A stretch of 64,000 nucleotides of DNA from Marsupella aquatica (taxonomy: Eukaryota; Plantae; Marchantiophyta), in the NCBI GenBank assembly GCA_973895155.1, contig OZ316899.1:9980287-10044286 (forward strand), in the 5' to 3' direction. Each line of letters starts with the position of its first letter. Positions within the stretch are counted from its first letter, which is position 1. Under the pieces are notes generated by a model. That model worked only from the letters and a program-made list of their open reading frames with translations, was not told the DNA's origin and did not search any database. The position numbers and the translations under genes are program-made. Positions 45,960-57,652 of this stretch are shown here, in pieces.

Positions 45960-48734
45960 ATAGCATGAGAGGGCCGAGGTACTCCAAGAATTTTGCAAAG
46001 ATCATCCTCCGGAATTTCTGGGGCTTCTGTTGAAATTGGCTTCTTTGTGGGTTCGTCTATCCTCTTCTCGGCTTTCTTCTTTGGCCGACTGGTTGGCTTA
46101 CCAGAGATTTGTGGTTTGCTTGGGGTCCCACTCGGGGTCCGCTTGGGGTTGAAAGGTCAGGCTCCTCCTCATGGCCTCTGCATTGTCCCCGGTGGCCATC
46201 TCATCCTCCTCTCCATTGTCCCCACTTGCCGCTTTCTCATCCTCCTCTCCATTGTCCCCGGTCTTTCTCGGCTCCGTCTTCTCATCCATAGGACGACATT
46301 TGCTTGAGGTAGACCCTGGGGTTCCAAACTTTTCTTTACTTTTTTTTGCAGAACAAAGTAAGGAGTTTAGTATACATTTTACAATGATACTATCTCGGAG
46401 AGGCTCTCAAACATAGGTCAGATGTACAATGCAAGCTAGGGTGTAAACCTTACCAGGAGTGCCTTGTTCTGAGGTGGTGTCTTCTGATTCCTTTTCTTTC
46501 TTCCCCCGAACCTTCTTCCCATCATACTCTGGCTCTCCAAGAGGCAAAATGGCCTCCAAGCCAATGCAGCCTTTGTTGACTGCTCAAGATCTGCCAACTT
46601 TGAAGGCGCAAAAAGGTTGTCTGGTAATTTCCCCTCCTTTAGGAGGTTGGCAGCTTCCTTCTCTTCAGGCGTAATGAACTCATTCCAATCATTGAACTCC
46701 ATGAACCATGGAAATTTTGTCTCTCCCAGTCTGAAAAGACTCTTGCTGCTGGCTTCAGCCCATGTGTTGGATACATTGATAGCGGGCCTTTCTCCGTCAT
46801 CCATGCAGTCAGAGCACTTGGTAACACTTTGAAAGTAGAGGCTCCAATGCTCTCCTGATGAAGTAAATATCTGACCACACACCTCTTTGCACGCTTCCTC
46901 CACACATCTTTGCTTTGCTTTGCTGGATTCCACATCTTCTTGCCCTCCTCATAGGACCGAGTCTATACAAATTGCTTGTACATCTTGTTGTGAAACTCAA
47001 CAAACTCGTCTTTGCTTCCATTGAAGTTCTGCCACTCACCAGAATCATATGCACTGTCGGCAAACTCTGACATTATCAAACTGCCAACGTGGGCAATGTA
47101 ACACCACATTGACCACACTAGCAACCAAGCTCTCACTGCTAAATCACCATATACATCTGGATGGTGGTGTTGATTCTTCTCTTCCGCGGTTGAGAAATGA
47201 ACGCGGAGTAACTTGTTTTGACACTCAGCAGGCATCACCGCACTTGCAAAAAATTTAACTCTTTCCAACCCCACTTGCACTTGTGGACGATCTTGCTGTT
47301 TACTTTGCAACTGGTGCAGCTCCTTGGCAATCTCCAAAAATTCCTCTCCATTTGCTGGATTGACAATCTGAGCAAACTTCTGCATTTTTCCCTCCCAAGA
47401 CCTACAAGCTTCACTCGTCATGAGTGCGGTTTCCTTCTGGAACTTATCCAAACTCTAGGCATGGCCAACTGCAGCATCGGTTGCCATCTCCTTCGCAAGT
47501 TGAATCCTCCCGTCTTCAATATTATTCCACAACATGATGTACATAGCAGCATCCTTTGTCATGCACTTGCTATACCATGTCTTTCCATGCCCATGGCTTC
47601 TTGCTGCTAAGAATCTAGCATAACCATCCGGATGAAGCAATGTCTGATACTCCTCCAAAGGTGTCATCAACAGCTTCTTCACCCTGTCTGCATTGGTCAA
47701 CCAAGATGTTTGCACAACGTTTGTGCTTATCCTGCATAAAAGAAGCGACAAATGTTGGCGTCAAAGGCTATGTACGAGCAAATTACATCTCTCTTGGCAT
47801 GGATATCTCGAAGAGGCTCTCCGAGAAGGCATCACTCTTCAAGAAGGCACTCGAAGAAGGCATCGCTCTTCAAGAAGGCACTCCGAGAAGGCATCGCTCT
47901 CCAAGAAGGCATGGATATCTTGGAGAGGCTCTTTGAGAAGGGAAGGTTCTTTCTATCTTGGAGAGCCTCTCCGAGATCGGATTGCCTATGTGGGTGCAAA
48001 AGAACAACAAATGCAAGAACAACCAAAAACCAAGGGGGCGGAAACTTACGCATTGAGGCCATGCATTGCCTGCTCAATCTTCCTGAATCCTTGTTTTCCA
48101 GGCTGTAGAAGAGAGAATCTCACGCAAGGGTGGTACTTCTGCTCGTCAGGATAATCTTCAGCCACTTGTCTCCATGCATTCAGGCGATGATTTCCATCAA
48201 ACACCCAAAACATCTTACCCTTCAAAACGTGAAACTCCTCGTACTCATCACACTCCATCTCAAATTTTGTGTTAGCTTGTTCCCATAGAGGGTCCCAATC
48301 CGCGGAAAGCTCAGACATGGAGTGGGTGGCGTTATGCGCATTGGTCTCTGATATGTGGAATTCCAAAAACTTGTCCACATACCCATTCTTCACAAAGTCC
48401 TTCTTCATCTTGAGAATGGAGCTCCGAACTAACAGAGAGTCCGAACTGCCTCCATTGTCATCAAACGACATAGTGGAATCCGAGGTGGCTCTCTGGGCTT
48501 CCCACTTGGTTCAGCTCCAAATGAAACCAAGTACTCCCCAACAATCCCTTCGAATGCACCTTTGTTCAGACGTTCAGCAGACACATTTTCAAAGTTCAGA
48601 ACCTTCGGCTCTAGCTTCTTCACTGTGTGAGTTTCCCGACCACTGGCGGTGCTCTCTGTTGTCTTTGATCTGGTCTGCCAACCAGATGATGAAGGAGAGG
48701 GAGTGGGTTGCTTCCTCTTCCCTGTCATTTTCAA
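45960..48734 (-). pseudogene. ParB/Srx-like N-terminal domain plus helical/acidic region of the MULE accessory gene
   Basis: PPRIPLCRLMTMEAVRTL...KMKKDFVKNGY...MFWVFDGNHRLNAW shows the ParB DGxHR motif. GT-AG intron 48049-47732. Collinear ORFs 47455, 46963 and 46436. Confidence 0.65.
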
Positions 48735-48769
48735 ATCTCACCAACTATTGAATTGCACGAGCGCAACTT

Positions 48770-49240
48770 GCACAGCACTTGCACCACCCACAGCTCAATC
48801 GGAGCAAGCTCAATCACTGGCAGTGGCACAACACTCAATCGCACCGCTCGCACAGCACTTGCACTTGCATCGCCATAGCTCACCGCACTCAATTGCACCG
48901 CTTCCACCACTTGAACTCACAATCGCACCGCTTCCAGCACTCGCACCACCACAACTCAGTCGCAGCAAGCTCAATCACTGGCAATGGCACAACACAACAC
49001 TCAATCGCACCGCCAGAGCTCACCGCACTCAATTGCACCACTTCCACCACTTGAACTCACAATCACACCGCTTCCAGCACTCACACCACCACAACTCAGT
49101 CGTAGCAAGCTCAATCACTGGCAGTGGCACAACACAACACTCAATTGCACCGCCATAGCTCACCGCACTCAATTGCACCGCTTCCACCACTCGCACTCAC
49201 AATCACATTACTTCCAGCACTCGCACCACCACAGCTCATA
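48770..49240. repeat. C/A-rich 140-bp tandem repeat (~3 copies)
   Basis: CACCGCACTCAATTGCACC recurs at 48881, 49021 and 49161. Confidence 0.9.
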
Positions 49241-49849
49241 GCACACAGAGCGCGGAGAGGGAAAGATCACAAAGCAACTTATGCTCTCCGAGAAACATGA
49301 GGTAAATTTCATCTGCACTCGCACTCGCTTGGCCTCAATTGCTTGCCTTTCAAATGAGGAAAGGCAAGAGACGGCGGGGACTCACCAAAGTAGTCATCAT
49401 CATCATTAGACAACAAAAGATCTAGGGGCATCTCAATAGAATTCACTATCGCCGTCATGCAGGTCCAGTCCCATCCAAGCAACGGGAGATCTATGGGACC
49501 AATCATTGATTGCAAGTGGTAGGGGCCACGGGAGGAAGTTGACATGTTAGCAGTTTATTGGCTTATATGTAGTCGTACTCTGATAATGATGAATGCCTAG
49601 ATTTGACTCATGTCAAAGTCGCAACACTGAAGTACCTATACAGATGCTTTCATTATTACTACCCCTTCACGCCATAATGTCCTTGGTACGATTGATTCCA
49701 GACCAGATAATATTCCTATCATTCCTTGGTATTAATGAGTACGATTGTTCAACGACCGGATTTAATTCCAAAAAATATACAGTACTCGCATGACATGTCA
49801 GGCCAGTCTCAACTTCCTCATTGTCTCCAAGATGACATGTCAAGCCAGG

Positions 49850-52115
49850 ACCCATGTCAGATAAGCTCTCCACTTTGACATGTAAAGTCGGGACTTAAGT
49901 CGGAGAGGCTCTCTGAGATGACATGTCACGCCAAGACCCATGTTAGATAAGCTCTCCGAGATGACATGTAAAGTGGGGACTTAAGTCAGAGAGGCTCTCC
50001 AAGTTGACATGTCATGGAGGACCCATGTCAGAGAGGCTCTCTGAGATGACATGTAAAGTGGGGACTTAAGTCGAAGAGTCTCTCCGAGTTGACATGTCAT
50101 GGAGGACCCATGTCAGAGAGGCTCTCCGAGATGACATGTAAAGTGGGGACTTAAGTTGGAGAGGCTCTCCGAGTTGACATGTCATGGAGGACCTATGTCA
50201 GAGAGGCTCTCCAAGATGACATGTAAAGTGGGGACTTAAGTCGGAGAGGCTCTCCGAGTTGACATGTCATGGAGGACCCATGTCAGAGAGGCTCTCCAAG
50301 ATGACATGTAAAGTGGGGACTTAAGTTGGAGAGGCTCTCCGAGTTGACATGTCATGGAGGACCCATGTCAGAGAGGCTCTCCGAGATGACATGTAAAGTG
50401 GGGACCTAAGTTGGAGAGTCTCTCCGAGTTGACATGTCATGGAGGACCCATGTCAGAGAGGCTCTCCGAGATGACATGTAAAGTGGGGACTTAAGTTGGA
50501 GAGGCTCTCCGAGTTGACATGTCATGGAGGACCTATGTCCGAGAGGCTCTCTAAGATGACATGTAAAGTGGGGACTTAAGTCGGAGAGGCTCTCCGAGTT
50601 GACATGTCATGAAGGACCCATGTCAGAGAGGCTCTCCAAGATGACATGTAAAGTGGGGACTTAAGTCGGAGAGGCTCTCCGAGTTGACATGTCATGGAGG
50701 ACCCATGTTAGAGAGGCTCTCCGAGATGACATGTAAAGTGGGGACCTAAGTTCAGAGAGGCTCTCCGAGATGACATGTCATGAAGGACCCATGTCAGAGC
50801 CTCTCCAAAATTGAATATTACACAAGATCAGACCTTTGAGAGGCTCTCCGAGATGACATATCAGGTTGGTGAACCACTGTGGAGAGCCTCTCTGACAAAT
50901 ATTGGGCCTAATCCTTGTTACACACCTGAAGATGGCATCTCGAAGAGCCTCTCCAACATCCCTAGACCCTTCATACCTGCGCAAGATGGTATCTCGGAGA
51001 GCCTCTCCAACATGGGTCGAGGCTACATACCTCCGCAAGATGACATCTCGGAGAGCCTCTCCAAGATGAAACTTGGTGAGATCCGGTGCAAGATATAATC
51101 TCGGAGAGCCTCTCCAAGATGAAACTTGGTGAGATCCGGTGCAAGATCTAATCTCAGAGAGCCTCTCCAAGATGGGTCAAGGCTACATATCTCCGCAAGA
51201 TGGCATCTCGGAGAGCCTCTCCAAGATGAAACTTGGTGAGATCCGGTGCAAGATCTAATCTCGGAGAGCCTCTCCAAGATGGGTCGAGGCTACATACCTC
51301 CGCAAGATGGCATCTTGGAGAGCCTCTCCAAGATGAAACTTGGTGAGATCCGGTGCAAGATCTAATCTCAGAGAGCCTCTCCAAGATGGGTCAAGGCTAC
51401 ATACCTCCGCAAGATGACATCTCGGAGAGCCTCTCCAAGATGAAACTTGGTGAGATCCGGTGCAAGATATAATCTCGGAGAGCCTCTCCAAGATGAAACT
51501 TGGTGAGATCCGGTGCAAGATCTAATCTCGGAGAGCCTCTCCAAGATGGGTCGAGGCTACATACCTCCGCAAGATGGCATGTCGGAGAGCCTCTCCAAGA
51601 TGAAACTTGGTGAGATCCGGTGCAAGATCTAATCTCAGAGAGCCTCTCCAAGATGGGTCGAGGCTACATACCTCCGCAAGATGGCATCTCGGAGAGCCTC
51701 TCCAAGATGAAACTTGGTGAGATCCGGTGCAAGATCTAATCTCGGAGAGCCTCTCCAAGATGGGTCGAGGCTACATACCTCCGCAAGATGAGATGTCGGA
51801 GAGCCTCTCCAAGATGAAACTTGGTGAGATCCGGTGCAAGATCTAATCTCAGAGAGACTCTCCAAGATGGGTCGAGGCTACATACCTCCGCAAGATGGCA
51901 TGTCGGAGAGCCTCTCCAAGATGAAACTTGGTGAGATCCGGTGCAAGATCTTATCTCGGAGAGCCTCTCCAAGATGGGTCAAGGCTACATACCTCCGCAA
52001 GATGGCATGTCGGAGAGCCTCTCCAAGATGAAACTTGGTGAGATCTGGTGCAAGATCTAATCTCAAAGAGCCTCTCTAACATGGGTTGAGGCTTCCAGAT
52101 GGCATCTGAGAGAGC
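49850..52115. repeat. Central higher-order palindrome arrays (85-bp dimer unit, then 107-bp dimer unit)
   Basis: ATGTAAAGTGGGGAC recurs every 85 bp (50221, 50306, 50391). A second block has ~107-bp periodicity. Each unit holds two CGGAGAG-N-CTCTCC palindromes. Confidence 0.95.
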
Positions 52116-52590
52116 CTAATGGACACCCTAAACTTGCTGTCAAAGGTTCTTGGATGTTGGTCCAATAAACTTAGTCACTGTCAATAACAGTTTTCACGCT
52201 CACAAGGGTACGTTGTCAAGAAGGATTCTTACATATTCAACGAGGGAAGAATATTTGTAACAATTTTTACGCTTGGTCTGGGCGATAAGGTACTCTGACA
52301 AAACAATCTTGACATATTCAACAAAGAAAGAAGCGAGTCTAACAATTTTTACAGCAATAAGGTACTCTGACAAAACAATCTTGACATATTCAACAAAGAA
52401 AGAAGCGACTCTAACAGTTTTTACGCTTTGTCTGGGCGATAAGGTACTCTGACAAAACAAAGTCAAAAGAATGAATAACAGTTTTCACATATTGTTTGCT
52501 AATTAACTTACGCTCTTGAGAAACAAAGAGGAATTGAGCAAGCCGGAAAGGCAATAACATCCCTTACATGAATGAGGCATCTCTCGGTAG

Positions 52591-55500
52591 ATGCCACTTG
52601 AACTCTCTTGGTGCTCATTTTTAGTCTTTCTTCAAGTGGTTATCATGGCTGGCCGTGTGAGGATCACGTTTCCAGACAATGGAGACGTTGTTGTGCTAGT
52701 GACTGATGGTGTTGTTTGGCATACACCAGACAATGAATTAGCTCGTCGGTTCGATGTTGAGATTGGGGAGTGGGCACTCTTTGAGGCCGGCGATGTCTTA
52801 CCATTGATTGAGGCAGACTCAGAGGAGAGTGGAGATGAAAGGATATGGCATCTGAAAAGGGAAGTTTCGTACGTCCTTCAGCGGAGAGTGTACTCTGTTC
52901 CTCTTACTGAAGTTGGTTTGCAATCTCGAACTGGAGAGAAGATTTCAGAGTGGCCGGCAAAGGTAGAGCAAGCCAAATTTCTTGAAAGTGTTGTTGCTGC
53001 AATGCTGAAAGGGAAAGGCGTTTCGCGATGTGTAAAGGCTGCCCATTCCATTCTCATAGTGCATTATCCACAACAAGTCATGACTCTGCTGGAATGGTAT
53101 GATGGGGATTGCATTTTTGAGCTCCCCCCATTCACAGGTATCCACACAAAGGGTGCCTTCTTCTTGGGTATGGAGCGAAGAAATGACTGCTACTTGTGGA
53201 GCAAGCTCATCAAGACAGGGGCCCAAATTGGACCCAACCTGAACAAGGGAGGCTTTAAGTATAAGATTGGGAATGTGAGATTCCTGGGCTCTTTGCAATG
53301 TCCACATTCAGATTTTCCGGCTCTTACAAGTAAGAATGAGCGCAATTGCACAGAATGGCAGCGAGATAGGGGTGGGAGAAATGAGGTTCCATTTCCTGTT
53401 GGGCGACTAGTTCCAGCAGAGAGTGTGATTTGCGTCTTTTGTGATCGGCCTCCTAAGTGTATAGCCAAATGTCCAGCCGAAATGTTCTACATCACTCCGA
53501 CCTCTCATGACCATTACATTTACAAGCAAATGACACGTGTTGCTATGCATGTTGAGAGTCACTCACATCCGGCCAAATTTGTTCTCAAGAAAGATCAAAA
53601 AGCTTTCTTACATAAGTTGATGGAGGAGAAATTGAAGAAGAATCCTCATGCTATGCCGTTTGTGATCAAGAGTGACACAATTAAAGCTCTAAGGGATATT
53701 TTTGATGACAAGGTTGCTGGGATTAATGTCACATTTGAGGAAGCACGGGATCTGAATGAAACATTGGCGATCCTATCAGATCGATCAGTTGTAAGATCTA
53801 TGATACAGAGCATACACAAGTATACCATGCCTCATCCGACCTCCAAGTCATCCTTGATCTTCAAAAAGAAACAGTGTTTTCATTTGTCCAGAGCACTCTA
53901 TTTCCAAACCAGAAGCTAGATACAGATGAGCGCCCACACATTTTCAAGATGACTGTAAAGGGTCCAGGGTTTGGAATCAATCTCATTCGAAGGATGCAGC
54001 CTAGTGGAGATCTATAAGACTCATGGGTGATGTTTGATGTCATGCATCGGATGACTGAGAAGCAATGGTGCACAATGTCAGCTCATGTATACGACCACCT
54101 ATATAGAGGTCTTTGCACAATTTTTGTATGCGAGCTAGTTTCGGAAGATACTGCTGCACTACAAACTGCATGGAAGGTCATGAAGCAAGTGTGTAAGGCA
54201 AATGGGCTTGACAATGTTACGTTTTGTGGGTTCATTGCCGATAATGCTGCAGCTAGGTGGAATGCAGTTCGAAACATATTCTGGGATGGAAGAGTTAATT
54301 CTCAAAAGGAGCAATCTGATGCATTTCACTGGGCGCAATCAGTGGAGAAGATGACAAAGAAATGCATTCTTCCAGGCAAAGCAGTTGAGCATAAGGAGTT
54401 TCTGGATTCATTGAGGGACGCTGCCAATGCGGTTCTTGCATTTCGGACTTTGAGAAGATGAAGGATTGGTGGAAAAATGGGAATGCAATCAAAGGAAAAA
54501 CCAAGTCACTAGAGACATGGCTTTCGTGGTGGATTGTGTGATTCTCCCAGTGGGGAAACTTTATTCGACTGGTAAGTCTATGAATTCTTAGTAATATTCC
54601 ATCTTGGAGAGGCTCTCCGAGATGATTAATCTTGGACATGTTAGAGAGCCTATTCGAGAACAACAAATGGGTCTTCTCGGAGAGCCTCTCCAAGATGGAA
54701 CATATGGGTAATCTCCGAGATGGAAGAGGTGGGTCATCTCGGAGAGTCTCTCCAAGATGAAAGAGGTGGGTCATCTCGGAGAGTCTCTCCAAGATGGAAC
54801 ATATGGGTCATCTTGGAGAGCCTCTCCTAGATGAAAGAGGTGGGTCATCTCGGAGAGCCTCTCCCAGATGGAAGAGGTGGGTCATCTCAGAGAGCCTCTC
54901 CGAGATGAAACATGTGGGTCATCTCGGAGAGCCTCTCCCAGATGGAAGAGGTGGGTCATCTCGGAGAGCCTCTCTGAGATGGAACATGTGGGTCATCTCG
55001 GAGAGCCTCTCCGAGATGAAAGAGGTGGGTCATCTTGGAGAGCCTCTCCAAGATGGAACATATGGGTCATCTCGGAGAGCCTCTCCAAGATAAAAGAGGT
55101 GGGTCATCTTGGAGAGCCTCTCCCAGATGAAACAAATGGGCGATTCGGAAAGCATGTTAGAGAGCAAACTTTTGTTTTGTGAACACATGGTTCATCTTAG
55201 AAAGGCTCTCCGAGATGGAACACTGGTCATCTTGGAGAGCCTCTCTGGGATGGACCCCGTTGGACATGTTGTAGATGTACAATATGACCCATGTACATTT
55301 TTTGGTAATACTCTTTTCTTTGATTTTTGTGTAGGACATGGACAGAACTAAGTCTGCATTGATGCTGAACCATAGCGGGGCAGAATCCGTGCATGCCGCG
55401 ATGCGCCGATGGTCTTTCACAACAAAGATTGAGATAGTGCAATCTTGTATAACGGATGCAACCCGTGCATCAAATCAAATTGGTGCCCTTGTGAACTACA

Positions 55501-56971
55501 CGACCCACCGGAGAAAGGGCCGTGGCCCAAGCCTCTTTGAACTTCGTCTCCGAGATGCCAAGATGGTTGGGAATGTTAAGAGTTTCTTCCCAAAGTTAAA
55601 TACGGTGATGACTCAACCGGAGATGGTTGAATATGCTTCGGGGGACCCAATTCCTGGTGACTATGAAACTCAATGAATGCCGGTGCAAGGCAAGGTTCCA
55701 ACTAATGCTATTGCAGTAGAAGACTCCTATCGCGATGATGTCATTCTAGTAACGCGGCCTAAGAAGCGGAAGTTCAAGGGGATTTCAAGCCAAGATGCAA
55801 ACTTGAAAAGTACCATTTCTGACGTGGTCAACTTGTCAACCTCGTTAGACTCTCCTACAGGCTCTGGTGGATCAGATGTGATGATTTTGGAGAGCCCAGT
55901 ACAGCGTGCGACAAGGTCAGCACGTGTCCCTCCACCATCAACCCCAAGGAGGTTGACTCGAGTGCCTCCTCCACCCCCAACAAGGGCAACACGTGTTCCA
56001 CCTCCTCCAACCCCAACAAGGTCAATACCAAGGTCACCTCCTGTTTGTCCACCAACACGGTTTGCTAAACCTTTGCATAATGCTGGCGAACAGAGACAAG
56101 TTCAAGAGAGCAATGTGATGCCAAGAATGTTGTTTTTGTCTCGCATCAGTCGCCATGGAAGTGGTTCCACTTGTAGAGGTGCCTTCAAAGGCACAGAACG
56201 TCCAGCATGCGGTCTATACATCAAGGAGGTGGGGTTTTGTCATGCAACGTTGGGTGTGGTAGGATTGTGCTTATTGGCTGGGAGCAGTTACAAGGATCCA
56301 AACATTCCACAAAAGTTTTGGTTTTGCCCAAACAAGGAGTGTTGCCATAAATCCTCCATGGCATATGTTACTGGGCGGCTGCCCCCACTACCTAAGAAGG
56401 TCCCAGTTGCTCGAGGAACCTATTTGACACAAGAGGAAGTTGATTTTCTCCATGTCAATGGATTGAATGTGGTACAGACCATCATTCTTGGTGATTCAAT
56501 GGTGAGTCCTAGAGATGTAATTGTGGATTTGAATAGTTACCCTGAGCAGATGGATCCATTGAAGCCTGATGTCAGGCTGAGCCGGCGCAATGGCTACTTA
56601 CGGCGAAGGAGATCGGTTGTGACGGCAGATGCAAAGAAACGTATTGAGAGTGCCAAATCCAAGTTGATGAGGTTCACTTCCATGACTCGAATTGAAAAAG
56701 GGAATGCAACTGGCTTACGAGTGGTACTTTCCACACTCATTGTGACCGCAATTCAGCCCATTGTGTACAGATATGTGTGTTCCCAACTTGCTCTTGTCAA
56801 GATTTCATCATGAGAGATACTGAAAGATTCTTCTTTCCTTGCAAACACTTGTATTGGTGCTATAAAAACACCTGGGGACAAGATCTAGAGAGCGACCAAG
56901 AGATCCACCAGCCAATCTTGACACTTAGCGAGGTTCGTAAATTGGTGTCAAATGTAGCAGGCTCAGGGTGA
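52591..56971 (+). pseudogene. MULE transposase (Cys/His zinc region, DDE core, C-terminal SWIM finger), with frameshifts and stops
   Basis: C..C...C...HSHP region. MMFDVMHR, GFIADNA, DAFHWAQ and AESVHAAM give the D-D-(C/D)xxH-E Mutator signature. SWIM: CSCQDF...PCKHL. GT-AG intron 54572-55334. Confidence 0.8.
54598..55252. repeat. Intronic ~37-bp array of the MULE palindrome
   Basis: About 15 copies of GGGTCATCTCGGAGAGCCTCTCC(A/G)AGATG inside the transposase intron. Confidence 0.95.
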
Positions 56972-57059
56972 ATGCATGTCACTAATGTTTCGAGTTTAGT
57001 GGGTAGAACGATCTACTTTTGTATCCTTTCATAATAATAAATGTTCAAGATTTCAAATG

Positions 57060-57652
57060 ATGTTGATCCCATCTTGGAGAGGCTCTCCGAGATTCCAACC
57101 CAGTGTGGATCCCATCTCAGAGAGGGTCTCCAAGATTACAAGTGATGTTGATCCCATCTCGGAGAGCCTCTCCGAGATTCCAGTTATGTGGATCCCATCT
57201 CGGAGGGGCTCTCCAAGATTCCAAGTGATGTTGATTCCATCTCGGAGAGGCTCTCTGAGATTCCAGTTATGTTGATCCAATCTTGGAGAGGCTCTCCAAG
57301 ATTCCAAGTGATGTTAATCCCATCTCAGAGAAGCTCTCCGAGATTCCAAGTGATGTTGATCCCATCTCGGAGAAGCTCTCCAAGATTTAAACCCAGTGTT
57401 TTTGGCAATCTTGGAGAGGCTCTCCAAGATTCCAACCCAGTGTTGATCCCATCTCGGAGAGGCTCTCCAAGATTCCAAGTGATGTCGATTCCATCTCAGA
57501 GAGGTTCTCCGAGATTTCAACAATTGTTGGAGACTTTGGTGACCAATCTCGAAGAGGCCTTCGAGATTGACACAAAATAGGACGTCAATCTTGGAGATGC
57601 CTCCGAGATTGATTAAAAAAAGGGGTCAATCTTGGAGAGGTCTCCGAGATTG
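57060..57652. repeat. Right subterminal array of the MULE palindrome
   Basis: About 14 copies of ATCT(C/T)GGAGAGGCTCTCC(G/A)AGAT with ~17-nt spacers. Confidence 0.95.

Noticed and set aside
49850-52115. CRISPR-like array (palindromic repeats with spacers); also 4020-5130, 44705-45452 and 54598-55252
   Set aside because: Spacers are themselves repeated in higher-order units and are short, there are no cas genes, and the context is a eukaryotic transposon.
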